64,000 nucleotides of DNA, taken from assembly GCA_000004985.1 (NCBI GenBank), contig GG738915.1; one strand, 5' to 3'. This document shows, piece after piece, positions 31,085 through 43,900 of the stretch. The position numbers were made by a program, and so were the translations under genes. The notes below the pieces were generated by a model. That model ran no database searches and was not told the origin of the DNA. It worked only from the letters and a program-made list of their open reading frames with translations. Source of the DNA: Naegleria gruberi (taxonomy: Eukaryota). The number at the start of each line of letters is the position of its first letter. Position 1 is the stretch's first letter.

Positions 31085-31966
31085 TCAATCATCCTGACCA
31101 AAGAATGTATCCATCAAATCATCCAATTCGTCTTTACACTCCTTAAGATCATCATCTATTGTTTCTAGAGATGATGTTAATTCTGAGAGATCATTTGTAG
31201 ATTCGTTTTCATTATCTTGATTGAGAAATTTCCTCAAATGTTTTGTAAATTCGAGGCGTACACTCCTTTTTAGAGAGTACAACTCTTCTTCATCAACAAG
31301 GTCGGCCACTTCATCTTCATCGAGCTCATATTTCTTTCTGTTGTGTTCTCTTTTTTGTTTGATTGATTCCTTTGTAGGATTTGCACCATGTGCATTAACA
31401 ATTAATCCATTCTTTATACTCAACCCACCATTGTCACCTGATTTACTGTTCACTTTTTCTGCCAATTTCTCAAAATCAGTTCTCACTCTATCGGTATCCA
31501 ATCTAATTCCATTGAATTGAGCAAGACTTTGCACACCCAACATTCTTTGAGTTTGAATGTACAGTTGAGCAAAGTTTTTACCAGGTAAAATTCCAGCTCT
31601 ACCAATTGTACTCCAACTTCCAACTCCAAATTTCATTATACCAAGACGAAGTATTCTATTTTCCTGTTCATTCCAACCAGGAGCTTGTGAAAAATTGAAT
31701 AAACTTTTACTTTGTACGACACCTTTTTTCCTTCCTTCTCCTCGGGATGATGTTGACTTCTTTTTAGATGTTGATGTCGTCGATGTTACAAGAGAATCAG
31801 ATGATGACGCTTTTGAAGTAGTGTGAATATTCTTGTCATGATCTGTTAGTGTTGATGAAGATTGTGTTTTTCGATTTGATTTTTCATCGTCTGTAGATTT
31901 TACTTGACGTTTTCTCTTCATTTTTTTAAAATTAGATTTGGCGCTCGAATTAACTACATTTTTCAT
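31085..31966 (-). CDS. Myb/SANT-like domain protein with a basic S/T-rich N-terminus and an acidic C-terminus
   Basis: The ORF track start (32065) is a TTG lying antisense to dynein exon 1. The first in-frame ATG is 31966 (MKNVVNSS) and the next is 31921 (MKRKRQ). SANT/Myb-like core: WNEQENRILRLGIMKFGVGSWSTIGRAGILPGKNFAQLYIQTQRMLG. The start choice is uncertain. Confidence 0.6.
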   Translation of the reverse strand: MKNVVNSSAKSNFKKMKRKRQVKSTDDEKSNRKTQSSSTLTDHDKNIHTTSKASSSDSLVTSTTSTSKKKSTSSRGEGRKKGVVQSKSLFNFSQAPGWNEQENRILRLGIMKFGVGSWSTIGRAGILPGKNFAQLYIQTQRMLGVQSLAQFNGIRLDTDRVRTDFEKLAEKVNSKSGDNGGLSIKNGLIVNAHGANPTKESIKQKREHNRKKYELDEDEVADLVDEEELYSLKRSVRLEFTKHLRKFLNQDNENESTNDLSELTSSLETIDDDLKECKDELDDLMDTFFGQDD

Positions 31967-31985
31967 AAAAACAACAACAAGAAAA

Positions 31986-34900
31986 ATGAGAGAAACAAAG
32001 AGATCCCCATCCGCTGCTTCTGCCCTTGATGAGAGTGCAACGGTGCAGGGACTTAGTAGATTCAAACACTTTCATAGTGCAAGTGCTCCCGAATCTTTAG
32101 GAGTAGATAAACTTGAGGTAAGTGAATTCAAAACGAGGAAGTAACCAACAAGCTCTCTTATAGTACAAACCTAAGAATACATACAACGTTAGACCAAAAA
32201 CTACAATACAACCTCAAAAATTAAAGATACCTAAGGAATTACAACAATTTAATCATTTAGACCCATCTAGAAACACAAGTACAAAGAAGAGGTAAGAATA
32301 TCATAACTGAAATCAATTATTAAAAAATGATTTAATTAAACAGAGAAACTAGTACTACAACAACAAAAAGAGCATCAGCACAAGAAAAATCAAGAAAAAC
32401 ATTGGAAGAAAGACCACCAAAACAAGCCAAATATACTACCAGTGTCAGTAGATTGTCTGAATTGAACTCTTTGAATGTTAGTGCTAGAATCGGAGCCCTC
32501 AAACAAATGGATGTTGAAGAAGGAACAATTGATGTAGCTAGTTACCCAAGACTTTTAATTATTAACAAGGAATTTTCGGAAGAGGAAAAGGATATCATCA
32601 TGAGTGGGTATGTATTAATAAGAGGAATTTAATTAATAATTATGAATTGAACAGACAAGAGATTGAAAGCAAGAGCAAATTTCTACCATTAGAATTGTTT
32701 GATGACGAAGAAATATTTGAAAAATTCACTATTGAAGATCTTCTTTCGAATAGCTACATTGTACAGTCTAAGTTTTATACTGGCGCCAAATCAGCTTATG
32801 AAAAATCTTATAAGGTTTGTTTCATATTATTACTAGTGATCTAATCAAAAAACAGTGGGCTCGTTGCAGAGTTCTTGAATATAATCCTGATGAAAGAAGT
32901 TTCCTTATTGAATGGTTAGATTCTCCAAACACAACTGGATATGAAATTACAACAACTGATGAAAACAATGACTCTCCAACCACTACTAATGGCAGAAAAC
33001 AAAAATGGGTAAAAAGATTGAATTTATTAGTTCATGGAGATGAAACTTTTGAATTGAGAATAAGATTTGCACAAATGAGAAGAAAAAAGTTTGAAGAGAA
33101 AATGTTTTATTATCTTCAAATTGACAAGACTATTACTGATGACTTGATAGATATTACCCCTTTTGAAAAACAAATTTATGAAAAAATTTTGAAGCTTGTT
33201 GCAAATGAATCCCAATTCCTTTCTAGGCATGTTCCAGTCATTGAAAAATATGTTGATGAAGCAAAAGAGCATTACAAAATTTCAATGAAAGAGGCTATAT
33301 TTTTGTATTATCTGAACAGTAGAGAAGAATATGAAAAGTATGAAAAATATTTATGGTGCAAAGAAGAGCTAAGGAAAAATAATATGACAGCACCATGTTC
33401 TGGTGTTATTGAGGTACCAGCCTATAACTATCAAGCCATTCACGATATTATTGAACAAAATATCTTTTATACTCACCTTGATTTGATAACAGCAATGCAT
33501 AATATTCACTCTCAATTATTTATTTTGCTTAAAAGCTTAAAGGAAGATGGAAAGAGTATGGACTTGATTACAACACAAAAATGTGATACTCCTTGTGAGT
33601 TAGGATCATTTTTGGAGCTCCAAAGAGATACATTACAATTATCCATGAAAAGAATTAAGGAAGATTGGTGCCAAAAAGTTATTTCGATAGTGCAAAATGA
33701 TCTTGATAGATTTTTCAACTTTTTCGAAGATGATATTGAAAGATTCGAAAGCTCTAGAATGAAGAAGTTCTTGAGATTGACCAATTTCGTTCTTTCAGCT
33801 CAGTTAAGAGATTATGTTTTTGATGAACTTCACAAGTTGAGAGACTTTATAATACCTTATAGATACAGAGGATCGGATCATTTTGATGCCAATGAAGTTT
33901 CTGGATTTGAACCTTTATTTATTATCAAGATTGTGGAGAAAATTGAAAATGGAGAATCTAAGATTGCATTCGATCCTCCACTCGAATCTGTATTAGATGG
34001 CTTACGACAAATATTTTATGGAGTGCTGGAGGAAACCAATTTTATTCCAGGTATAGGAGAGACTCTCTTCCCATTATTGACTCTTAAGCCAGAACAATAT
34101 TGTATAAATAACTTAGAACTAAGATTAGAAAAAGACACAAAAGGTTTATGGAAAGATATTCAAGAAGTAATTACTTCCAACTTTAGAGAACCAGAAATGT
34201 TGCTCTCCTTATATAAGGGATATGAACATTGCTTAAAGTTGGATCCAGTCGCGTTTGCTACAGAATTTTATAATGAACATGTTGGCAAAACAGAAATGTC
34301 AAAACTTCTTTCAATCTTTAGAGAAGAATTGGCAAGACTTAAAAGTGATTCAGAAGAAGTGTATAACATTTCAACTGATAATGTCAATTTCAACTTATTG
34401 CGAGTAGATTGCAGTGGTATCAAAAACTCACTATATTTGAGAACCGATGGTACTGCAAAAGAGTTGATGAAATTAATATCAAAATGGAGTACTGAAGAGA
34501 GTAGTAAAATTACTCAATCTTTCCGAGATGTATATAGCAAAGTTCAAATCATACCTCAAACTGCTGAAGAACTGGACTCTTTAAAGAAGTACTTAACAGA
34601 TTGCACAAAGGAAATTGAAAGATTACAATCTCAATTCGCAACAGTCAAATCAAGTGTCCATTTACTCTCAGATTTTTCATTCAACCTCGACATGGATGAT
34701 TTTACAGTATTTGTAGATACTCATTCATGGCCAAAGAAGGTTTATGGACTTCTTGAGGATAGTACTATTAGACTTGAAGAAGACAAGAGAAAATTCATGG
34801 ATGAATTACAAAGAGATATCAATAATCTTCTCAGCAACTTGGATTTATATGAAAAGATTATTGAACGATTTGCTGTTTTCGATGATTTAGAAAAGACAGA

Positions 34901-37900
34901 CCAATACTATGAAAAGGTAAAGGATATGGAATCTAAATTGGAGGAAGCAAAGAAAAATTCCGAATTGTATAATAATCGTGAAAGAATGTTTAATATGAAC
35001 ACAACAGAATTTTCCAAACTGAAGGACTTGGAGAAGAACTTTAAACCTTACTTTGACTTATGGAGAATTGCTTATGAAAAGGCACAAAACTTTCCAAAAT
35101 GGAATGAAGGCACATTCATGAATTTGGATGCCAAGTTTATTGATGAATCATTAAGTATGTGGCAATCTACATTGAAAAATTTAGAAAAGAACTTGCAACC
35201 AAAGGACGAAACTGCAAGAATTATTACAAGACAAGTGAAGAAGGAGGTTGTAGCATTCTTACTTCACATGCCACTTATCAATGCCTTGAGAAAGGATGGT
35301 CTTAGACAAAGACATTGGCAGAAAATTGCAAAACTTCCACTTGAATTTGGAAAATCCACAGCCCAATTGGATATTGAAAGTATTAATATCATGAACTTGG
35401 GAGACTTTACAAAGATTGGTTTCGAAGAAAAACCAATTTTAGAAAAGATTATTGATATTTCTACATTGGCCGAGAAAGAAGCAGAAATTTCAAAGAACCT
35501 CGAAAAAATGTACTCTGCTTGGAAGAATGTCAATTTCCATCTTGAGAAATACGGTATTACATACAAACTTGTTGAATTGGATGAATTACAAGTCCTTCTC
35601 GATGAACAAATTGTTTTAACTCAAGGTATGAGAGCTTCTCCTTACGTAAAGGAACTTGAGACTGAAGTTATTGCTTGGGAAAACAAATTATTAGAAAGAC
35701 AAGATATAATGACCGAATGGATTAAGTGTCAAGTTGCTTACTTGTATTTGGAACCAATCTTCAGTTCTCAAGATATATCAGCACAGCTTCCTGATGAAGC
35801 AACCAAATTCGGTATGGTTGACAAAATGTGGAAGAATGTTATGGAAGTTACCAATAAGGTCAAAGTTGTCGCTCAAGTTGTTTCTGATGAAAATATGAGA
35901 GATAACTTTGAAACAGCCAACAAGAGATTGGAGCAAATCCATTTTGGTTTGAAACAATATTTGGAAACCAAAAGAAGAGCCTTCCCAAGATTTTACTTTT
36001 TATCAGATGATGAATTGTTGGAAATCCTTTCTGAAACTAAGGATCCACTCAGAGTTCAACCCCACTTGAAAAAGTGTTTCGAAGGTATTGAAAGGTTAGA
36101 GTTTGACAAGGAAGGAAAAATCGTTGCCATGCTCAGTAAACAAGGTGAGCGTATTCCATTCCAAAAGCATGTAATACCAGCAGAAAAGAATGGCAGAGTT
36201 GAGTTGTGGTTGTTAGAAATTGAAAATGAAATGAAGGGTAGTTTGAGACACTCTATTGAACAATCCATCAATGCATATGCTGCTATTGCTGGTAATATTG
36301 ACAAGAGAGGTCAATGGATTCTTGCATGGCCTGGTCAAGTGGTATTGACTGTAAGTCAACTTTTCTGGACAAGAGAAGTAGAAGAATCTATCAAAGCACA
36401 AGGTGTTAAAGGAGTTCAAAGATATTACTCCAAGATGACCAAACAACAAAAATCTCTTATTGAACTTGTAAGAGGAGAAAATTTAACTGCTTTGCAAAGT
36501 ATCACACTTGGTGCAATGGTCGTTATTGATGTTCACGCAAGAGATGTTGTTGCTGGTTTGGTGAAAGAGGCAGTCGGAGATATTTCAGACTTTGAATGGC
36601 AAAGTCAGCTCAGATATTATTGGGAAGATGTTAAAGATATCAAGGATGGAAAGAATCAAAACCAAATTGTTGTTAGACAAGTTACTGCTGAAATTAACTA
36701 TGGATACGAATATTTGGGTAATCAAGAAAGACTTGTCATTACACCTCTTACTGACAGATGCTACAGAACACTTACAGGTGCTCTCCAATTATTTAAGGGC
36801 GGTGCTCCTGAGGGTCCTGCTGGTACAGGTAAAACTGAAACTACAAAAGATTTGGCTAAGGCTATCGCTAAACATTGTGTAGTTTACAACTGTTCAGATG
36901 ATCTTACCTATGAGTCTATGGCTCAATTCTTTAGAGGTTTGGCATCAAGTGGTGCTTGGTCATGTTTTGACGAATTTAACAGAATTGAATTGGATGTCCT
37001 TTCTGTTGTTGCCCAACAAATTCAAACTATCCAACTTGCTGTAGCTAGTAGAGCCACCAGATTCTTCTTTGAAAATATGGAAATTAACATGAATCCAACT
37101 TGTGCTATTTTCATTACAATGAATCCTGGTTATGCTGGAAGATCTGAACTTCCTGATAACTTGAAAGCTCTCTTCCGTCCAGTCGCTATGATGGTTCCTG
37201 ATTATGCCTTGATTGCAGAAATTTCATTGTTTTCTTATGGATTTTTGGAAGGTCGTAAACTGGCTAGAAAGATTGTTTCTACTTATAGATTATGTAGTGA
37301 ACAATTGTCATCCCAAGATCACTACGATTATGGTATGAGAGCTGTTAAAGCAGTATTGGTAAGAGCAGGTTCATTAAAGAGACAATTTCCAGATCTTAAC
37401 GAAGAACAACTCATGTTAAGAGCATTGAATGACGTAAATCTTCCAAAATTCGTTTCTGCTGATATCCCATTGTTCAACGGTATCATCAAGGATTTGTTCC
37501 CAACTACAGAACATCAAAAGGTTGACTACTCTGCTCTTGAAAACGCCCTTATTCAAACATGTGCTGAAATGAATCTTCAACCTGTTCCTTACTTTATTCA
37601 AAAGATTATCCAACTTTATGAAATGATTATTGTAAGACACGGTTTGATGCTTGTAGGTTTCCCAATGTCAGGTAAAACAGCTTCCTATATTGTTTTAAAG
37701 TCTGCTTTGGAGAAATTAGGAGAAAAGATCAATCTAAGAGTCTTATCACCAAAGGCAGTTTACGGTGGAAATCTATACGGTTATAGAGATACAAAGACCA
37801 AAGACTGGAAAGATGGTGTTCTTGCTCTTCACTTCCAAAAGTTGAGTACACTTGCAGAAAAGGAAAGAAAATGGCTCATGTGTGACGGTCCTGTTGATGC

Positions 37901-40900
37901 TATTTGGATCGAATCTATGAACACAGTTTTGGATGACAACAAGAAGCTTTGTTTAACATCTGGTCAAATTATCAAAATGGGTGAAAACATGAACATGATG
38001 TTTGAAGTCCAAGATTTAGCTGCTGCTTCGCCTGCAACAGTTTCCAGATGTGGTATGGTTTATTTGGAAGCCGAAAAGCTTGGTTCTTGGGAGCCTTACC
38101 TAGCAAGTTGGCTGAGCAGTAAGGAATTCCCTCAAGCTCTTAGAGAATCAAAAGATTTTGAAGAAGTGACAGAATTATTTAAAACATTATTCTCCACTTT
38201 CATTCCTCCTGCTATCAAAATTTTCAAGTCTCACTTTATGGCCAAAGCATATGTTAGAGTTAAAAGTGATGCCATGTTGGTGAATTCATTGATTAACATT
38301 TTGCAAAGCTTGATGGATGAATTTGCAGATCCAAAAGTGATCCAAAATTACATTAAGGACAAGTCAATTATTCTTGAATGCCTTTTCCAATTTGCTTTAA
38401 TTTGGTCAGTTGGTATTGTTTCTGTTGATAGAGTTAAATTTGATCAACTTTACAGAAACATGCTGGAAGAAAGGGCAAGAAATAAGGTCTACAAATTCCA
38501 AATACCAATGCCAGAAAAGCCAAACACACTCGTTTTCGACTTTGTGTTTGACAAGAAGAGTAGAAAATGGGTTGAATGGACTGCCTCAGAATATGCTCCT
38601 AAATTTGCTGTTTCACCAACAGAAGAATTTAGAAATATTATTGTCCCAACAATGGACACTATTAGATTCCAATTCATTCTTAAAACACTTCTCGACCACG
38701 GTAAGCAACCATTATTTGTTGGCCCAACAGGTACTGGTAAAAGTGAATATGTAAAACAATTTTTACTTAAACTTGGAGCTGGTTCAAGTGAAGAAAAGGA
38801 ACAAAATAACGAACCAAAGTCAAACTTCCTTCCTGCCTTTATCAATTTTTCAGCCACCACTACACCAAGTCTTATTCAAGATATTTTGGAATCCAAGCTC
38901 ACAAGAAGAAAGCAAGGATATATTGGTCCACCAATAGGAAAGAAGACAATTATTTTTGTCGATGACCTTAACTTGCCAACATTGGATGATTATGGTGCAC
39001 AACCAACCATTGAATTATTGAGAGAATGGCAAGACAGAGGAGGCTGGCATGAAAAATTCAGCAAGCAAGCAGCCTTTACACACGTAGTTGATGTATTGTT
39101 TGTTTGTGCTATGGGTCCTCCTGGAGGTGGTAGAAACGAAGTAACTCCAAGATTTATTCGTCACTTCAATGTTATTGGTCTTACCTCATTTGACAACCAA
39201 ACATTGACCACCATTTTCTCAGATATTATGGATTGGTTCCTCTCATCCAATAGCATTAATACTATCAGTAAGATTTTGGCTAGACAAATCGTTGTTGGAT
39301 CCATCAATTTATTTAATAATGTAATTGAGCAATTCAGACCAACACCAGAAAAATCTCACTATACTTTTAACTTGAGAGATTTATCAAAGATTTTCCAAGG
39401 TGTTTGCAGTGTTGGTCCAAGACTTGATGGATCAGAATTGGAGAAGGTATCTCTAGTCAAGATTTGGGCCCATGAGGCCACAAGAGTTTTCCACGATAGA
39501 TTGATTAATGAGCAAGACAGAGAGAGTTTCTACCAATTACTTGATAAGGAACTTCAAATTGGTGAAATCAAATATATCATTGAAGAAACACCTTTTGACT
39601 ATAGAAATACTCTCTTCACTTCTTTAACTCATGATTCTTGCGAAAGATTCAAGGAAGTTGTCTTGAACAAGACCTCCAATAATCCAAAGGTTGCTGATAT
39701 TTCCAAACTACATAATATCTTGTCATCTAAATTGGAAATTTACAATGATTCACACTCAAAGATGGATCTTGTATTATTCAACTTTGCTATTGAACATATT
39801 GTTAGAATTGTAAGAATTATAACTCAACCTGGTGGTAATGCTCTCCTTATTGGTGTGGGTGGCAGTGGTAGACAAAGTTTAACCAAACTAGCTGCTTTTG
39901 CTGCTGAATACAAATTGTTTGGTATTCAATTAACAAGATCTTTCACTGTTTCTGAATGGAAAGATAAGATGAAAGAATTGTTGATTAGTGTTGGTGGTGC
40001 CAAGAAAACTCAAACTGTCTTTTTATTCAATGATAACCAAATCAAGTATCAAGAATTTTTAGAAGATATTAGCAGTATTCTTAACACTGGTGAAATTCCT
40101 AACCTTTTCGATAGAGATGAATATAAGGATATTTGTGAAAGTCTGAGAGCACATGCAAGAAATGAAAACAAAGGACAAACACCAGAAGAATTATACAACT
40201 TCTTTGTTGATAGATGTAAAGAATGTTTGCACATTGTTCTTTGCATGAGTCCAGTTGGTGAAAATTTGAGAAATTATTTGAGAATGTTCCCTTCATTGGT
40301 AAATTGTTGTAACATTGATTGGTTCAGCTCTTGGCCAGACCAAGCCCTTCATGCTGTAGCTCAAAAGTTTATCAAGAGCATTAACGAAGTAACAGATGAA
40401 GAATTGGATAATAATGTAGAAATACCAAAGGATGATGCATTCGAAAAAGATTTTGACAAGTATGTCGATATATGTGCCTACTTCCACAATAGTTCCACCG
40501 AGCTTTCTAAGCAATTCTTATTCAAGATGAAGAGACATAACTATGTTACACCAACAACTTATCTTGGTCTATTGAAGAACTTCTCCTCACTTGTAAAAGA
40601 AAAGAGAACCGAGTTGCAAACTTTGAGAGGAAAATTCGAGTTGGGTCTTCAAAGAATTGCTGAAACCGATAAGGATGTTAATGAAATGCAAAAAGAATTG
40701 GAAATTTTGCAACCAAACTTGATTGAACTTTCCAAACAAAATGAAGAATTATCCAAGAAGATTGAAATTGAATCTCAAAATGCAAACGAGAAGGCTAAAA
40801 AGATTGAAATTGAACAAGAAGAAATCAACGCACAAGTTGCTAAGAATGAACAAGACAAGGTATATTGTATGGAAGAATTAGCTCAGGCTGAACCAATTTG

Positions 40901-43900
40901 GATTGAAGCCCAACAAAAGGTCAAAGATATCAGTACTGCCCAAATTGCGGAAGTCAGAGGTATGCAAGCTCCTCCAGAAGGTGTTAAAATGGTCCTTAAA
41001 GCTATCTGTATTATGAAGGGTGAAAAAGTTAAAACCATTGATGATGGTCTTGGTAACAAGTCTAAAGATTGGTGGGGTGCATCCAAGGAAATGATGTCAA
41101 GAAAGGATTTCTTAAAATATATTAAGAATTTTGATATGGGAGCATTGAATCAAGAAATTGTTGGTACTCTTACACCTATTTTGGCAGAAATGGATGTTGA
41201 AAAAATCAAACGTTCCAGTGCTGCTGCCTTTGCCCTTAACGAATGGTTGAATGCCCTAGTTAAATACTTTAGGGTTAACAGTGTTGTAGAACCAAAGAGA
41301 CTTGCATTGCAAGAAGCTGAACAAAAGTGTGCTGAAGCCGCCAGATATCTTGCTGAAAAGAAGAGGGAATTGGCTGAAATTCAAGGAATGATTGCACTCA
41401 AAGAAACTGAAAGAAAAGAATGTGAAGCAAAGAAGAATCAACTTGAACATGAATACCAACTTGTCAGTGTAAAGTTAGAAAGAGCTACAAAACTCATTGG
41501 TTTATTGGAAGGAGAAAAATTGAGATGGCAAGAAACATTAGCTAAAATTATGGAACAACAAACATGTATTAATGGAGACGTTATTTTAGCCTCAGGTATT
41601 ATTTCCTACCTTGGAGCCTTTACTTCTGAGTACAGAAGAAAGATTCTCAAGAAGTGGTCCAACAAATTGACCCAACATGGTATCAAATTCTCAGAAAATT
41701 TCACACTTTCAACAACTTTGGCTGAATCTATGGAAGTTAGAAATTGGATTATCAAGGAAGGTTTACCATCAGATGACTTTTCAGTTGAAAATGCTACTAT
41801 TGTCAAGAGAACTACCAATATTTGGCCACTGTTCATTGATCCACAAGGTCAAGCCATGGCCTGGATTAAGGAGAAGGAAAAACAACAAAAGAAAGATGCT
41901 GATTCCTTGTTAATCATTCAAATGTCCAACCCCAGTCTTATTAAGAGTTTGGAAAAGGCCATTACTCAAGGAACTACAACTATTGTTGAAGGTGTTGGAG
42001 AAGAATTAGATCCAGCATTGGAACCACTCTTAACTCAAAGAACTTATTACATTGGAGGTGTAAAGTATATCAATCTTAGTGATACTCCAACAATTTATAA
42101 TGATAACTTTAAACTCTATTTGGTTACTAGTCTTTCAAACCCTCACTATCTCCCTGAAGTTTCAACTAAAGTTCAAATTATTAACTTTATGATTACACCA
42201 AATGGTTTGGAAGAGCAATTGCTTGCTATTGTTGTCAAGATTGAAGAAAAGAAATTGGAAAGTGAAAAGAACAATTTGGCTGTACAGAATGCTAAATATC
42301 AAGAACAATTGAAGCATTACCAAGATAAGATTTTGCAATTGCTTGTTGAAACAACAAAGGAAAAATGTTGGATGATGACACTGTCATTAATACCCTCTCA
42401 TCATCAAAGCAAACCTCAAGAAAAATTGAACAAAAACAAATTGAAACAAAGAAGACTGAAAAGGATATTGATACCAAGAGAAACCTTTACCGACCAGTTG
42501 CTGAAAATGCAAGTACCTTATTCTTTGCTATTTGTGAATTGCCAAACGTTGATCCAATGTATCAATATAGTTTGAACTGGTACCAAGATTTGTTTACCCA
42601 ATGTGTAGTTGAATTGCCTCACGAAGAAAATAGATCCACCATTCAAAAGATTGAACAACTTAGAGACTTCTTTACTCATCAAATGTATACCAGAGTATGT
42701 AGATCATTGTTCCAGAAGGACAAGCTACTCTTCTCGTTATTATTGTGTATTCAATTGATGAGAAAGAAGAGCTTGATTGATCATGAAGAGTTGAAATTCT
42801 TACTTACAGGTACTAGCTCTGTCGTCAACTCTGATGAAACCACAAGAAAATTGCCAGAATGGATCACTCAGAACATGTACAATGAGTTATGTCAAATTGA
42901 TGGAATGTCAAGTGTCTTTAAGAACTTCAAACAAGAATTTTTCAATCACCTTGAAGCTTGGAAGAAGGTTTATGATTCATCCAAGCCTAATGAAGAACCA
43001 TATCCAGATAAATGGAACAACCTCTCAATATTACAAAAGATGATGGTTCTTAGAATTATCAGACCAGACAAACTTCTTCCAGCAGTTGAAACCTTTGTGG
43101 AAAAGAATATGGATAAGAGATTTATTGAGCCAAGTCAATTCAATTTGAAGGTTTCTTACATGGAATCTACTCCTGTAAAGCCACTCATATTTATTTTGTC
43201 ACCTGGTGTGGATCCTATGGAAAATCTTCGTAAATTTGCTGACCAAGAAGGTGTAGCCTTGAAGAGTTTGTCACTTGGTCAAGGTCAAGAAGAATTTGCT
43301 ATTGAAATGATTAACCAAGGAAGCTTCCAAGGAAATTGGGTTGTTTTACAAAACTGTCACGTTTTGCTTTCTTTCTTACCAAAGTTAGAAAAGATCATTG
43401 ATGATTTCGCCAGAAATGAAAATAAGCTAGCTGCAAATTATAGATTGTGGCTCACAAGTATGCCTAGTGAAAAATTCCCAGTCAGCGTACTTCAAAGAGG
43501 TGTAAAAATTACTAATGAGCCTCCTAAAGGTTTGAGAGCAAACCTCTTACAATCTTGGAATAGCGATCCTATCAATGATGCAAAATACTTTACTGGTTGT
43601 AAGAAGAGTAGGGAATTTAAGAAGTTATTGTTCGGTTTGACATTCTTCCATTCCTTGGTTCAGGAGAGAAGAACATTTGGTCCACTTGGTTGGAATATTA
43701 GATATGAATTTAACGATTCTGATTTGAACATCTCCTTGAAGCAACTTCAAATGTTTTTGAATGGAAAGGATTCAAATGTTCCTTTCAAGGCCCTTACCTA
43801 TTTAACTGGTGAATGTAATTATGGTGGTAGAGTTACAGATGACCATGATAGAAGAACTCTTATGGCAATTTTATCTGACTTCTATAATGAGGAAATTATT

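Noticed and set aside
42366-42575. The frame-0 continuation of the dynein ORF (CWMMTLSLIPSHHQSKPQEKLNK...) read as a genuine C-terminus of a truncated dynein.
   Set aside because: The 70 residues after the A-run have no dynein similarity. The frame-2 reading continues the conserved sequence (MLDDDTVINTL...YRPVAENAS) for a further 894 aa. A truncated protein plus a separate C-terminal gene is not plausible.
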